DNA of 64,000 nt from an uncultured Myxococcales bacterium (lineage in GTDB: Bacteria > Myxococcota_A > Polyangia > Palsa-1104 > JAEUJZ01): the NCBI GenBank assembly GCA_964554495.1, contig CAZKOY010000005.1, forward strand, positions 2,926 to 66,925, read 5' to 3'. This document shows positions 38,224-49,142 of this stretch, piece after piece (position 1 is the first letter of the stretch; the number at the start of each line of letters is the position of its first letter). A program made the translations under genes and the position numbers. The notes beneath the pieces are model-generated. The model did not search any database. It saw only the letters and a program-made list of their open reading frames with translations, and was not told the origin of the DNA.

Positions 38224-39428
38224 GCACCGGCTTTGACTATTTGGGCCGGCTGCCGCCGTCCAAGTCGCTGTTGATTCGCGCGCTGCTGCTGCAGGCCTAT
38301 CAGCCGCGCATCACGCTTCCCGTGCTTTCAGCCTGTGATGATGTGCAGAAGATGGCCGTGGCCAGCCAGCGCCTGCGCAGCGACGAATCACCGCTGCACA
38401 TCGACTGCGGAGAAGCCGGCCTAGTGCTGCGCTTGTGCCTGGCCTATGCCGCGCGTCGCCCCGGCACAACGATCCTGCATGGCTCGCCGCGCTTGCTGGC
38501 CCGCCCCCATCACGAGCTTGTTTCGGCCCTGCGCCAGCTTGGCGCCACGGTCGCGATGTGTACGACGCAGGATGCGCTGCTTGTGCAGTCTTCTCCGCAG
38601 GGCTTTCGCGATCCCGGCCAGCCCCTTGCCCTGTCATCGAGTACATCCAGTCAGTTCGCCAGCGCGATTATGCTGAACGCATGGTCGCTGCCGTTTGCGC
38701 TGCGACTTCACATCGGCGCTGATCCGGTGTCGCTGGGGTATCTGCAGATGTCGCTGCGCATGGCAGCTAGCTTTGGCCTGCGCGTCGATGACGATGGCTT
38801 GGGAACGCTGACGATTCCGCCACAGCAAACCGTTCGCCCTGGTCAGGCCGAAAGCGAAGCCGATGTCAGCTCGGCGTTTGCCGTGGCCGCCCTGGCTGCC
38901 GTCGCTGGAAAGGCTTGCATCGAGAACTTTCCGGCACAAAGCCAACAGCCAGATGCCGCATTCGTCGAATTCTTGCGCGCCATGGGTGTGCCGCTTGTCC
39001 TGGATGAGCGAGGCCTATCGGTCGCACGGCCTGACGCAGTGCTGCGGCCGTTGCATGCCGATGTCGCAAGCTGTCCTGATCTGGTCCCCGTCCTGTCGGT
39101 GCTGTGCTCCCTGGCCGATGGAGTTTCGCTGCTGCATGGCGCGCCGCACTTGCGCGGCAAAGAATCGGATCGCATCGCCACCAGCGCCGCCCTGGTGCGT
39201 CGGCTCGGGCGAGATGTGGAAGAGCGAGTGGACGGCCTGCAGATCCGGGGACGCCCGATGACAGATCATGATCGGGAACTAGCGCTGCGCTTCGATGCCG
39301 GGCGCGATCATCGCTTGGTGATGGCGGCTGCCGTGGCCAGGCACGCCGGCTTTTCGCTGCACATCGACAGCCTGCACGCCGTCGACAAGAGCTTCCCGGA
39401 ATTCATCGACATCGCCGGCTTGCGCTGA
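38220..39428 (+). CDS. aroA: 3-phosphoshikimate 1-carboxyvinyltransferase (EPSP synthase)
   Basis: ATGA overlap with aroB. It has LPPSKSLLIRALLL, SSQFASAIML and LRGKESDRIA motifs. Confidence 0.88.
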   Translation: MSTGFDYLGRLPPSKSLLIRALLLQAYQPRITLPVLSACDDVQKMAVASQRLRSDESPLHIDCGEAGLVLRLCLAYAARRPGTTILHGSPRLLARPHHELVSALRQLGATVAMCTTQDALLVQSSPQGFRDPGQPLALSSSTSSQFASAIMLNAWSLPFALRLHIGADPVSLGYLQMSLRMAASFGLRVDDDGLGTLTIPPQQTVRPGQAESEADVSSAFAVAALAAVAGKACIENFPAQSQQPDAAFVEFLRAMGVPLVLDERGLSVARPDAVLRPLHADVASCPDLVPVLSVLCSLADGVSLLHGAPHLRGKESDRIATSAALVRRLGRDVEERVDGLQIRGRPMTDHDRELALRFDAGRDHRLVMAAAVARHAGFSLHIDSLHAVDKSFPEFIDIAGLR

Positions 39429-39530
39429 CTCTTTGGCGATTCGCTGCGGGGCTCTCGGCGCATCGCCAGTGCTCGGCATCCTCCTCGCGTTGCGCGCCGC
39501 GCCTGGTCGTCGCTGTGTACGACTTTTCGC

Positions 39531-39558
39531 TTGACCTTGTGGATTCAGAGCCTACAGT
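39531..39558 (+). promoter_or_regulatory. Candidate sigma70-type promoter (TTGACC - 16 nt - TACAGT) upstream of the regulator/menaquinone operon
   Basis: TTGACC at 39531-39536 and TACAGT at 39553-39558, in the 161-nt gap after aroA. Assigned by sequence pattern only. Confidence 0.4.
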
Positions 39559-39559
39559 C

Positions 39560-39579
39560 CTTTCAGAATTTTCTGAAAG
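39560..39579. promoter_or_regulatory. Inverted repeat CTTTCAGAA-TT-TTCTGAAAG, candidate operator
   Basis: 9-bp perfect arms (39560-39568 and 39571-39579). It sits immediately downstream of the putative -10 element and 10 nt upstream of the ATG of the GbsR/MarR-type regulator. Confidence 0.55.
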
Positions 39580-39589
39580 TTGAGAACCT

Positions 39590-40186
39590 ATGGCCCCATC
39601 CTCAACCGCCGCAGCGACGGTACCGCCAGCTTCCGCCAAGCGCGACGATCTGCAGCAAGCAGTGCTGCTTCTGGCCGATGCGATCGGCGATGTCATCGAG
39701 CACTGGGGCTTTCGCAAGGTCCTTGGGCGCTTGTGGACGGTGCTGTATTTGTCTGAGGACCCGTTGCCTGCGACCGAGCTGGCTGATCGCCTGTCGCTTT
39801 CGAGTGGCGGCATCAGCATGGCCTTGAGCGAGCTGCAGGAATGGGGCGTCGTCAAGCGAGTCTGGGTTCCCGGCGAACGGCGCGAGTTCTTCGTCGCTGA
39901 GACAGACTTTTGGAAGATGATCTCGAAAGTCGTAAGCGAGCGCGAACGCTTCTTGGTGACCTCGGTCCGCGAGCGCATCACGCAAGCCAGCGCGCTGCTC
40001 AAGCCGCTCACAAGCAAGGAAGCTAAAGCGGCGCTGCGTCGGGCGCGCATCTTGTTGTCGATTGCCCAGACGGCAGAGTCGGCGATCGCGACCTTTCTGG
40101 CGTCGCGCCGCGCTGACTTTTCCGGCTTCGGCGCTCTGATACAGATCCCGCGTTCTCCGTCGACCGGTGTGGAACGCAAGAGCTAG
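39590..40186 (+). CDS. GbsR/MarR-family winged-helix transcriptional regulator
   Basis: HWGFRKVLGRLWTVLYLSEDPLPATELADRLSLSSGGISMALSELQEWGVVKRVWVPGERREFFVAE is the typical GbsR-type wHTH pattern. Confidence 0.8.
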   Translation: MAPSSTAAATVPPASAKRDDLQQAVLLLADAIGDVIEHWGFRKVLGRLWTVLYLSEDPLPATELADRLSLSSGGISMALSELQEWGVVKRVWVPGERREFFVAETDFWKMISKVVSERERFLVTSVRERITQASALLKPLTSKEAKAALRRARILLSIAQTAESAIATFLASRRADFSGFGALIQIPRSPSTGVERKS

Positions 40187-40363
40187 CAATTCCTTTTGTA
40201 CGCAACCGCACCCGCCGCGATCGCACTTGCATCAGGCGGTGCAGAAAAGAGACGCCTCGTGAATCCTCCGCTTGCACAAGAACACCCGCTGCCGACGGCG
40301 AGCTCGGCGGGCCGTATCGCACCGGGACCGGCCGTCGTGCCGGTTGCCGCATCGGTGTTGAGT

Positions 40364-41383
40364 ATGTTGTCATCCGTCACGGCAGGGCAGGGTATCGACA
40401 CCTTGACGGCCAAGCTCGACGAGCTACGCGCCTGGATTGGCAGCGATCTCGCCGAAGTCGAAGCCCGCCTGATCGCGCTGCTTGAAGACCGCACCCCCGC
40501 GCATCAGAGCGCGCAGCACTTGATTCGCCTGGGGGGCAAGCGGCTGCGCCCGCTGTGCGTGGCATTGGCTGCGCGTGTCGGCGGCGACTTCAACGAACAC
40601 GCGCGCGAGCTTGCCGTGGCCGTCGAGCTAGTCCACAGTGCGACGCTCTTGCATGACGATGTCATCGATCTGGGCGATCGCCGTCGCGGTGCGGCCACCG
40701 CTCGCTGCATCTATGGCAACGCGGCCAGCATCTATGCCGGCGATCTCTTGCTGGTCGACGCGCTGCGACGTATCCAGGCCACGCGCATCAGCGGGCTTCT
40801 GGAAAAGAGCTTGAGCGTGCTCAATGAGATGCTCGAAGCCGAGGCGCTGCAGCTTGCCAACCGTGGCAGCGTGCGCAGTACGGTCAGCGATTATTTCCGC
40901 GTCATCGAAGGCAAGACCGCCAGCTTGTTCCGCTGGGCGCTGTTCGCAGGCGGCAGGGCGGGTGGTGTTCCGATGCCGGGCTGCATCGAGCTTGAGCGCT
41001 ATGGCAACAGCCTGGGCTTGGCTTTTCAGATTGTCGATGACGTACTCGATCTGACCGGCGATCCACAGGTGGTGGGCAAGTCGCTGTTTGCTGACTTGCA
41101 CGAAGGCAAGATGACGTATCCGCTGCTCTTGGCGATCGAGCGGGATGCTGGGCTTGCGCAGCAGATCGAAGCGGCCTGCCAAAGCGGCACCATCGAGCTA
41201 GACGCAGCCCTAGAAGCGCATATCGGTCAGGTGCTGTGGCGATCGGACATCGTGCCCGACTGCCTGAAGTTGGCGCAGCGCTGCGCCGATGAAGCAGTAC
41301 AGGCCCTGTCGCAGCTGCCGTCTTCGCGCGCCAAGACAGCGCTGGAAGACGTCGCCACCACCTTGGTTCGCCGCGCCAAGTAG
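40364..41383 (+). CDS. Long-chain all-trans polyprenyl diphosphate synthase (quinone side-chain synthase)
   Basis: First DDxxD LLHDDVIDLGDRRRG and second FQIVDDVLD. I chose the start at ATG 40364. The ORF is open from 40196, so the start is uncertain. Confidence 0.88.
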   Translation: MLSSVTAGQGIDTLTAKLDELRAWIGSDLAEVEARLIALLEDRTPAHQSAQHLIRLGGKRLRPLCVALAARVGGDFNEHARELAVAVELVHSATLLHDDVIDLGDRRRGAATARCIYGNAASIYAGDLLLVDALRRIQATRISGLLEKSLSVLNEMLEAEALQLANRGSVRSTVSDYFRVIEGKTASLFRWALFAGGRAGGVPMPGCIELERYGNSLGLAFQIVDDVLDLTGDPQVVGKSLFADLHEGKMTYPLLLAIERDAGLAQQIEAACQSGTIELDAALEAHIGQVLWRSDIVPDCLKLAQRCADEAVQALSQLPSSRAKTALEDVATTLVRRAK

Positions 41384-41392
41384 AGGGGAACC

Positions 41393-42379
41393 ATGTTGGT
41401 TGCACTCACTCAAGATGCAGACCCCAAAGCGGTGCAGCAGGCGCTGATGGCGCGTGGCCTGTGGATTGCTGCAACAATGCGCGATCTCGACGGGCGGCAG
41501 GTGACGTATCGCATTGCGCCGTACTCGGGACAGGTCGATCCACAAGAGCTTCGCGGCATCGCGGGCGTGGCTGCGGTGTTACTTCCTGCCCCCGAACACC
41601 CGCGCATGGATCGGCAAGGCCCGCGCGTCGATGTCGGTGGCGTGGCGATCGGCGATGAGCAGCCGGTGTTTATGTGCGGTCCATGCAGCGTCGAGTCGGA
41701 AGCGCAGATTCACGCCATTGCCAAGCGCGTTGCCGCACTGGGAGTGCAGTTCCTGCGCGGGGGCGCGTACAAGCCGCGCAGCTCTCCCTATGCATTCCAA
41801 GGCCATGGCGAGTGCGCGCTGACTTGGCTACGCCGCGCTGCTGATCAGAACGGCCTGCGCGTCGTGACCGAGGTCCTGTCCGAGCACGATGTCGAGCGCG
41901 TCGCTGAGCAGACCGATCTGATGCAGATCGGCTCGCGCAATATGCAGAACTTTGCGCTGCTTAAGCGCGTCGGGCAGACCGGTCGCCCTGTGCTGCTGAA
42001 ACGATCGATGTCAGCGACAGTCGAAGAGTGGCTGCTGGCCGGCGAGTATCTGCTGTTGCACGGTGCATCCGGCGTGGTCCTGTGCGAGCGCGGCATCCGC
42101 AGCTTCGATGAACACACGCGCAACTTGCTCGATCTCGGCGCTGTGGCGCTGCTGTCGCAAGTGCATCGCTTGCCGGTGATCGTCGATCCATCGCATGGCA
42201 CAGGACGTCGAGATCTGATCTTGCCCTTGGGGCGAGCCGCTTTGGCAGCAGGGGCGGCAGGCGTCATGATCGAAACCCACGACGATCCTGGGCGTGCGCT
42301 CAGCGATGGTCCGCAGGCACTGACCGCAGACGAACTGCAGCGTGTGTTGCGGGCGCTGCAAGGGCGAAAGGCCGCTTGA
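41393..42379 (+). CDS. 3-deoxy-7-phosphoheptulonate (DAHP) synthase, class I-beta, with roughly 65-aa N-terminal regulatory-type extension
   Basis: [28 protein letters not shown] and VIVDPSHG motifs. The N-terminal extension precedes the TIM-barrel core. Confidence 0.87.
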   Translation: MLVALTQDADPKAVQQALMARGLWIAATMRDLDGRQVTYRIAPYSGQVDPQELRGIAGVAAVLLPAPEHPRMDRQGPRVDVGGVAIGDEQPVFMCGPCSVESEAQIHAIAKRVAALGVQFLRGGAYKPRSSPYAFQGHGECALTWLRRAADQNGLRVVTEVLSEHDVERVAEQTDLMQIGSRNMQNFALLKRVGQTGRPVLLKRSMSATVEEWLLAGEYLLLHGASGVVLCERGIRSFDEHTRNLLDLGAVALLSQVHRLPVIVDPSHGTGRRDLILPLGRAALAAGAAGVMIETHDDPGRALSDGPQALTADELQRVLRALQGRKAA

Positions 42380-43143
42380 ACATGACGACGCAGACGGCTC
42401 CGTTGACACAGGCGCCTGCTCGCGAAGGCAGCGGCGCGATGTTTGATGACATCGCCCGAAGGTACGATCTGCTGAATCGCATCATCTCGCTTGGGCTGGA
42501 TCAAAGCTGGCGGCGCAAGACAGTGGCTGCGCTGGGTATTCAGCCGGGGCAGCGCGTCCTTGATCTGGCGACAGGCACCGCTGACTTGGCGCTGCGCGTC
42601 GCAAGGCAGATGGAATCGGTGCGCGTCGTCGGCTTAGATCCATCGGGCAACATGCTGCAGGTGGGACAGCGCAAGGTGGCGGCGGATGCGCTGGCAGAGC
42701 GCGTCGCGCTGGTGCGCGGTGATGCCCAGGCATTGCCCTTTTCCGACGACAGCTTTGACCACGTGTGCATGGCCTTTGGAATTCGCAACGTCCCCGATCG
42801 ACCGTGTGCCCTGCGCGAGATGGCGCGCATTACGCGAGCGGGAGGTCGCATCGCCATCCTTGAGCTAGCCGAGCCGCGTGAGGGAGCGCTGTCGGGTCTT
42901 GCTCGCTTGCACGTACACCACGTCGTGCCGTGGATTGGATCGTTGCTCTCAGGCTCGCGTGAATATCGCTATCTGCAGCGCTCGATCGCGGCGTTTCCAC
43001 CCGCGGCTGAGTTCTGCGCGACTCTGGAAGCCAGCGGCCTGCGCATGCTGCGCTGCGAGCCGCTGACTTTGGGAGTCGCCACTCTGTACGTCGCGACCCC
43101 CAGAAAGCCAGGGGGCGATCCGGCCGTCGCAGAGAGGCCCTAG
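42376..43143 (+). CDS. ubiE: Demethylmenaquinone/ubiquinone C-methyltransferase
   Basis: [38 protein letters not shown] and FGIRNV are canonical UbiE/MenG motifs. It has a 4-nt overlap with the upstream gene. Confidence 0.92.
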   Translation: MNMTTQTAPLTQAPAREGSGAMFDDIARRYDLLNRIISLGLDQSWRRKTVAALGIQPGQRVLDLATGTADLALRVARQMESVRVVGLDPSGNMLQVGQRKVAADALAERVALVRGDAQALPFSDDSFDHVCMAFGIRNVPDRPCALREMARITRAGGRIAILELAEPREGALSGLARLHVHHVVPWIGSLLSGSREYRYLQRSIAAFPPAAEFCATLEASGLRMLRCEPLTLGVATLYVATPRKPGGDPAVAERP

Positions 43144-43146
43144 AAC

Positions 43147-44676
43147 GTGGACACGCTTCTTGCCAGCGCCAAAGAGGCGGCCCGCTGCGTCCCAGGCGAG
43201 ACACTGTTTCACCTGTCCGCGGCTTGTTTCATGCCCGATCCCGACGCCGGGCGGCTATGTTTCAGGCCAACTGAAACCGATGAAACCAATGAAACAATGG
43301 ACCTGGCTGGTGACATCGCCGCCTATGCCAGGCTGTTTCAGGTTCCGGGTCTGTCGCAACCGCTGGTGCTGATGCTGCCGTCGGCGCACGCGTCACAAGA
43401 AGATGTTGAGCTTCGCGTCGGCTACGGCCAAGCGGCTTGCCTGCGGCCCACCGGATCGGACCGCATGGCACAGCTTGCTGCGCAAGGGGACTCACTGCTG
43501 CGCCGCCTCGTCGAGCTACGCACAGCGGATGCTGCGCAGGCTCCACCCGCATGCCTGTATGGCGGGCTGCAGTTTCTTCCCAGCCAGGGCCATTTGCTGC
43601 CGGCCGCGCAATCGGAAGAAGGCCCATGGGCAGGACTGCCTGAAGCGCAGTTTGTGCTGCCGCGCTGGCTTGTGCGTCTGCGTGGGCGCCGCGGCTTCCT
43701 GCAGCTTGTGGCAACAGCGCGCGAGCTCGCCGCACAGACGCAGATCTTGGATGAGCTGCAGGCCATCCAAGGTGCGCTGCAGGCGTCCGAGTTCGTGCGC
43801 ACGATGCCTGCCTTAGCGACCCAAGCTGCGGCGGCCACGCTTCCCGATAGACAGCGATTTCATGATCTGGTGACGCGGGCACTACAGCAGATCGCGCAAG
43901 GCACCATGACCAAGGTCGTCCTGGCGCGCATGCAAGGGGTGCAGCGCAGCGATGGCCGCGCGTTCGACACAGCGGCCGCGCTGTGCGATCTGGGTCGGGC
44001 CTATCCATCGTGTCTGCGTTTTTCCATGCCCATCGGCACAGCCACATTTCTAGGCGCCACGCCTGAGCTTCTGGTCGCGCGCGACGGGCGATCGGTGCGC
44101 TGTGATGCGCTGGCTGGATCGCGACCCAGCCATTTCGCGGGGCAGTCTGCCGAGGCGGTTGCTCATGCGCTGTTGCACGATGAAAAAGAAGCGCGCGAGC
44201 ACGCCTATGTCGTCGATGCGATTCGCGAGCACTTGCAGGCATTCGGAGCCGTCTCTGCAGCGCCAAGCCCCACGCTTCGCGTCCTGCGCAATGTGCTGCA
44301 CTTGTGGACGCCGATTGCGGCAACGCTGACGCGGCCGGTTCATGTGCTATCGCTGCTTGCGGATCTGCATCCGACGCCTGCGGTGTGTGGCGTTCCGCAA
44401 GCGGCTGCGGCCCAGTTCATTGCGCATTGCGAAGCGCTTCCCCGCGGCTACTACGCCGCTCCGATCGGCTGGTTTGATGCATCTGGGGACGGCGCGTTTT
44501 ACGTCGCCATTCGTTCTGGCTTGGTGCGTGACGATCGAGCGTGGCTTTTTGCTGGTGCGGGCATCGTCGCGGGATCTGATCCCGATCGTGAGCTGGGCGA
44601 GACGCAAGCCAAGCTGCGTCCCATGCGCACCGCGCTGGGAATCGCCGACCTTCCGCACGAACGGATCAGCGCATGA
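43147..44676 (+). CDS. menF: Isochorismate synthase
   Basis: The chorismate-binding domain has KVVLAR, LHPTPAVCGVP, RGYYAAPIGW and AGAGIVAGSDPDRELGETQAK. Confidence 0.88.
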   Translation: MDTLLASAKEAARCVPGETLFHLSAACFMPDPDAGRLCFRPTETDETNETMDLAGDIAAYARLFQVPGLSQPLVLMLPSAHASQEDVELRVGYGQAACLRPTGSDRMAQLAAQGDSLLRRLVELRTADAAQAPPACLYGGLQFLPSQGHLLPAAQSEEGPWAGLPEAQFVLPRWLVRLRGRRGFLQLVATARELAAQTQILDELQAIQGALQASEFVRTMPALATQAAAATLPDRQRFHDLVTRALQQIAQGTMTKVVLARMQGVQRSDGRAFDTAAALCDLGRAYPSCLRFSMPIGTATFLGATPELLVARDGRSVRCDALAGSRPSHFAGQSAEAVAHALLHDEKEAREHAYVVDAIREHLQAFGAVSAAPSPTLRVLRNVLHLWTPIAATLTRPVHVLSLLADLHPTPAVCGVPQAAAAQFIAHCEALPRGYYAAPIGWFDASGDGAFYVAIRSGLVRDDRAWLFAGAGIVAGSDPDRELGETQAKLRPMRTALGIADLPHERISA

Positions 44677-47255
44677 GTGACAGTGATCTACACAGCCACT
44701 GGGCTCGCTTGTTCGTCGCGTCGCTGGCAGGCGCGGGGGTGCGCAGCATCGTGCTCAGTCCGGGATCGCGATCGACGCCGCTTGCGCTGGCGGCAGCGCG
44801 TGAGGATCGGCTGCGGCTGCACATCGTGATTGATGAGCGAGCTGCGGCGTTCTTTGCGTTGGGACAAGCGCGCATGACGGGGCGACCGTCGGTCTTGATC
44901 TGCACGTCGGGCAGCGCAGCTGGGCACTATCTGCCGGCGATCATCGAAGCGGCGCAGAGCCACCTGCCGCTGGTCGTGGTCACGGCAGACCGGCCGTGGG
45001 ATGCCTATGACTGTGCGTCCGCACAGACTATCGATCAGCTCAAGATCTTCGGCGACAACGTGCGCCATTTTGCCGAGCTAGGCTTGCCCGATCCGCAGCC
45101 GAGCGCGCTCTCTGCCGTCGTTCGGATCGCCGCGCAAGCAGTTGCGTGCAGTCAGGGTCCACGGCCCGGCCCCGTTCACATCAATGCACGCTTTCGCAAG
45201 CCACTGGAGCCGGTCGCCGTCGCGCAGCGCGAGTCCTTCTGTGACTTGGTGGACGCGCTGCTAGCCAAGGGGCCGCCGCGCGTCTTTATGCCGTCTGCTT
45301 CTCAAACTTCGATCGACGAAGCGGCGCTGCTCAGCCTGGCGGTGCTGTGCGCTGAGCGACCGCGCGGCCTTGTGGTCTGCGGTCCAGCGTGGTCTGGATG
45401 CGATGCGCAGGCGCTGCGTGGGGCGCTGGCCGATCTTGCCCGCGCGACGGGCTTTGTGATCTGGGCCGAAGCCACAAGTGGAGTGCGCTTTGGCAGTCTG
45501 CCTGTCGTGCAGGGCGCATTTGATGCCGTTCTGCGCTCATCCGCGCTGCGCGCAGCGCTGGAGCCACAGCTTGTAATTGAGCTCGGTGGTCCGCCGGTCT
45601 CGTCGACCTATGCTCGCTTTTTGGCGCAGCACCCCGACTGCCAGCGGGTCGTCGTGGCGCAACACGGCTGGAATGATCCCGGCGGCGGCGCAGACCTGAT
45701 GATCTGGGCAGATCCGGCGACGCTGTGTCAGACCCTGTCCCGACACCCACTTTTGGCGGCGCGTTCGCACGGGGCCGCCCGTGCAGCGTATGCGTCGCTG
45801 CTAGCGCGGACCGAGGCGCATTCTTGGTCGATCGTCGAAGACGTGCAGCGCGATGGCGCGCTGTCCGAAGGGGCTGTGGCGACTGCGCTCGTTTCCGCGC
45901 TGCCATCGGGCGCCACACTGATGGTGGGCAATAGCCTGGCCGTGCGCGATCTCGATCTGTTTTGTCCTCCGTCGGAAAAACCGCTGCGTGTGCTGCACCA
46001 GCGCGGCGCGGCCGGCATTGACGGGCTGCTCGCGGGCGCAGCCGGTGCGCGATCGCAGAGCCGCGATCCACTGGCGCTGCTGCTGGGAGACCTGTCCGCG
46101 CAGCATGATCTCGGCGCCTTGGCCACCTTGCAGAACGTCGCAGGGCCGCTGCTGATCGTCGTGATGAACAATGGCGGCGGGCGCATTTTTGAACAGCTTC
46201 CCATCGCGGATTCACAGTCGGTGAATTTGCATTTTGAGCGGCTGTTTATCACGCCACAGCAGATCGATTTTCGTGCTGCGGCCCAAGCGTTTTCCGTGGC
46301 GCATGTCCGCGTCTTCGATCGGGCGCAGCTTGTGGCCGCGCTCGATCGCGGGCTGTCGGATTCGCGACCGCTGCTGATTGAGTGCTGCGTGCCGCCGCAC
46401 GATGGCCGAGCCCGTCGGGCGCAGATCTGGCAACGGCTGGCTACCGAGCGGCTTCCCGACGCATCAGAGCCGTCAGCGATCCCGTCGCAAGCCGCGCTGC
46501 GCAAGGCTATGCCGGCGGCGATTTTTCTGCATGGGTTCCTGGGCAGTCCAGCGCTGTGGCAGGACGTGCGAGCGCAGCTAAACCGCGCGAGCCACGCCGC
46601 ATATCTGCCCGGACACGGCGAGCATCGGCCTGATACAAGCGATGACTTTGACACGGTGGTTGCTCACTTGGCTTGCTCACTTCCCGACGAGGGCTGCGAG
46701 CTCGTGGGCTATTCGATGGGCGCACGCATGGCCTTGGCCTTGGCGCTGCATGCCCCAAGTCGAGTGCAAGCCCTGACGCTGATCGGCGTCGACCCAGGCT
46801 TTTTCCCCGAACAGCACGAAGAACGCGCCAGCCGAGCTGCCTGGGAAGACGATCTGGCGGCGCTGCTTTCGACGCAGGGAATCGCGACATTTGTCGATCG
46901 CTGGGAACAGCTGCCCGTGTTTGCCAGCCAGCGTCAGTTGCCGCCTGCTGTGTTGGCGATGCAGCGTCAGCAGCGCTTGGCGCACGATCCACAAGGCTTG
47001 GCCTGGGCGCTGCGAGCGCTGGGCACAGGGCGCATGCCCAGCCTGTGGTCGCGTCTATCGGCGCTGCGGCTGCCGGTTCGCCTGATCAACGGATCGCTCG
47101 ACGAGAAGTTTGTAAACATCGGCCGCAGACTGCAGGCCTGCCTGCCGAGCTTGACGCACATCATCCTGCCCAACGTCGGACACAACGTGGTGCTGGAAGC
47201 ACCCACGCACGTCATGCATATCTTGAGGACGCCCCATGGCCACATCGAGCACTAA
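44673..47255 (+). CDS. menD: Fusion of SEPHCHC synthase (MenD) and SHCHC synthase (MenH, alpha/beta hydrolase)
   Basis: The N-terminal roughly 590 aa are ThDP enzyme ([22 protein letters not shown]...[11 protein letters not shown]). The C-terminal roughly 250 aa are alpha/beta hydrolase ([27 protein letters not shown]). It is one uninterrupted 860-aa frame. Confidence 0.9.
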   Translation: MSDSDLHSHWARLFVASLAGAGVRSIVLSPGSRSTPLALAAAREDRLRLHIVIDERAAAFFALGQARMTGRPSVLICTSGSAAGHYLPAIIEAAQSHLPLVVVTADRPWDAYDCASAQTIDQLKIFGDNVRHFAELGLPDPQPSALSAVVRIAAQAVACSQGPRPGPVHINARFRKPLEPVAVAQRESFCDLVDALLAKGPPRVFMPSASQTSIDEAALLSLAVLCAERPRGLVVCGPAWSGCDAQALRGALADLARATGFVIWAEATSGVRFGSLPVVQGAFDAVLRSSALRAALEPQLVIELGGPPVSSTYARFLAQHPDCQRVVVAQHGWNDPGGGADLMIWADPATLCQTLSRHPLLAARSHGAARAAYASLLARTEAHSWSIVEDVQRDGALSEGAVATALVSALPSGATLMVGNSLAVRDLDLFCPPSEKPLRVLHQRGAAGIDGLLAGAAGARSQSRDPLALLLGDLSAQHDLGALATLQNVAGPLLIVVMNNGGGRIFEQLPIADSQSVNLHFERLFITPQQIDFRAAAQAFSVAHVRVFDRAQLVAALDRGLSDSRPLLIECCVPPHDGRARRAQIWQRLATERLPDASEPSAIPSQAALRKAMPAAIFLHGFLGSPALWQDVRAQLNRASHAAYLPGHGEHRPDTSDDFDTVVAHLACSLPDEGCELVGYSMGARMALALALHAPSRVQALTLIGVDPGFFPEQHEERASRAAWEDDLAALLSTQGIATFVDRWEQLPVFASQRQLPPAVLAMQRQQRLAHDPQGLAWALRALGTGRMPSLWSRLSALRLPVRLINGSLDEKFVNIGRRLQACLPSLTHIILPNVGHNVVLEAPTHVMHILRTPHGHIEH

Positions 47256-48129
47256 GCTTCCCCAACACTCCACCTCCGTTGACAGAGCGGCTGAGCACGC
47301 GCCCGCGCCGGCCTTCGTTCCGGTCAGCCACCTGAGCTTCACCGACATCAAGTACGAAAAGACCAACGATGGCATCGCCAAGATCACCATCAACCGACCA
47401 GACGTCCGCAACGCATTCCGACCACTGACGGTGAAGGAGCTATCGAAAGCGTTTGATGACGCTCGTGATGACGCCAACATCGGCGTGGTCATCTTGTGTG
47501 GCGAGGGCCCCGATGCGTTTTGCTCAGGCGGCGATCAGCGCGTACGCGGGCACGGTGGCTACGTCGGTGATGATGGCATTCCGCGGCTGAACGTGCTGGA
47601 CCTGCAGCGGCAAATTCGCACGCTGCCCAAGCCGGTGATCGCGATGGTGGCGGGCTATGCCATTGGGGGCGGACACGTGCTGCACATGCTGTGCGATCTA
47701 ACGATCGCAGCGGACAACGCGCGCTTCGGTCAGACAGGCCCGCGCGTTGGCAGCTTTGATGGGGGTTATGGCGCGTCGTACATGGCGCGCATCGTTGGAC
47801 AAAAGAAAGCCCGCGAGATCTGGTTCCTGTGCCGTCAGTACGACGCCCAGCAGGCGCTGGACATGGGCCTGGTGAACACCGTTGTGCCTCTTGCGCAGCT
47901 TGAAACGGAGACGCTGAAGTGGGCGCGCGAGATGCTGGCCAACAGCCCTACCGCGCTGCGCTTCCTGAAAGCTGCGCTCAACGCCGACTGCGATGGGCAG
48001 GCTGGACTGCAAGAGCTCGCCGGCAGCGCGACGCTGCTTTATTACCTGACGGAAGAAGGACGCGAAGGCAAGCAGGCCTTTCTTGAGAAGCGCAAGCCCA
48101 ACTTCAAGCAGTTCAAGCGCTTTCCATGA
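47236..48129 (+). CDS. menB: 1,4-dihydroxy-2-naphthoyl-CoA synthase
   Basis: Crotonase fold with [40 protein letters not shown] and a C-terminal [17 protein letters not shown]. Confidence 0.93.
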   Translation: MATSSTKLPQHSTSVDRAAEHAPAPAFVPVSHLSFTDIKYEKTNDGIAKITINRPDVRNAFRPLTVKELSKAFDDARDDANIGVVILCGEGPDAFCSGGDQRVRGHGGYVGDDGIPRLNVLDLQRQIRTLPKPVIAMVAGYAIGGGHVLHMLCDLTIAADNARFGQTGPRVGSFDGGYGASYMARIVGQKKAREIWFLCRQYDAQQALDMGLVNTVVPLAQLETETLKWAREMLANSPTALRFLKAALNADCDGQAGLQELAGSATLLYYLTEEGREGKQAFLEKRKPNFKQFKRFP

Positions 48130-49142
48130 CCACTGCACCGCAGGCCACACGCAGCGCTCCGGCAGCGGAGACACCCAGCGGATCCGCGGTCCCAGGGGGC
48201 GATCCGGCCGAGCCGGGTGCGCGTCGCATGCCGGCCCCAGGGTCGCTGCGCGCTTGGCTTCTGGCCACCCGTCCGCAGACCCTGACCGTCGGCGCAGTAC
48301 CCGTGATGGTGGGATGCGCCTTGGCTTGGCATCACCCAGGATTTCGGCCGCTCGCCGCGTGGGCCGCCCTAGTGGGGGCGCTGTGGATCCAGATCGGTAC
48401 GAACCTGGCGAACGATGTCTTCGACTTTGAAAAAGGCGCGGATACGGCCGAGCGGCTGGGGCCACTGCGCGTGACGCAGGCGGGGCTGATCTCGCCGACT
48501 GCTGTGCGCCGCGGTATGTGGCTTTCGTTCGCGCTGGCCACTCTGTGTGGCGTGTACCTGACGTGGGTGGCGGGGCTGCCCATCGTGGTGATTGGCCTTC
48601 TGGCCATCGCATCGGGCATTGCCTATACCGGCGGACCGTATCCGCTGGGATACAACGGGCTGGGCGATATCTTTGTGTTCGTTTTCTTCGGGCTGGTCGC
48701 GGTGTGTGGCACGTGCTTGGTCGCGGCGGATGGCGCCTTGGCGGTATCCCCGCGGGCGATTGCAGCCGCCATTCCCGTCGGAGCGTTGGCGACGGCTGTG
48801 CTAGTGGTGAACAACGTGCGCGATCAGCGCAGCGATGTGCAGGCCGGCAAGCGGACGCTGGTTGTGCGCTTCGGCCGGCGCTTTGGCGTCGCGGAATACT
48901 TCGCGCTAATCGGTCTGAGCTACATCGTACCGGTGCTGTTTGTCTTGGTAGGCTGGGCTGGGCCCATCGGGCTTCTGCCGCTTTTGACCCTGCCTTTGAC
49001 GTGGCCGCTATTGCAGACAATGTCTGCTGCAACAGACGGAAGTACGCTAAATCGAACGCTGGCAAGGACGGCGCAGCTCGTTTTGATGTTTGGCGTGTTG
49101 TGGGCGATCGCGCTGTGGCGCAGCCCGATTTCGGGATCCTGA
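48126..49142 (+). CDS. menA: 1,4-dihydroxy-2-naphthoate polyprenyltransferase
   Basis: UbiA-family polytopic protein with [12 protein letters not shown] and [17 protein letters not shown] motifs. Confidence 0.9.
   Translation: MTTAPQATRSAPAAETPSGSAVPGGDPAEPGARRMPAPGSLRAWLLATRPQTLTVGAVPVMVGCALAWHHPGFRPLAAWAALVGALWIQIGTNLANDVFDFEKGADTAERLGPLRVTQAGLISPTAVRRGMWLSFALATLCGVYLTWVAGLPIVVIGLLAIASGIAYTGGPYPLGYNGLGDIFVFVFFGLVAVCGTCLVAADGALAVSPRAIAAAIPVGALATAVLVVNNVRDQRSDVQAGKRTLVVRFGRRFGVAEYFALIGLSYIVPVLFVLVGWAGPIGLLPLLTLPLTWPLLQTMSAATDGSTLNRTLARTAQLVLMFGVLWAIALWRSPISGS

Noticed and set aside
41393-42379. Alternative call of this gene as KDO-8-phosphate synthase.
   Set aside because: The length, the N-terminal regulatory-type extension, the [11 protein letters not shown] motif and the shikimate/menaquinone operon context all favour class I-beta DAHP synthase.
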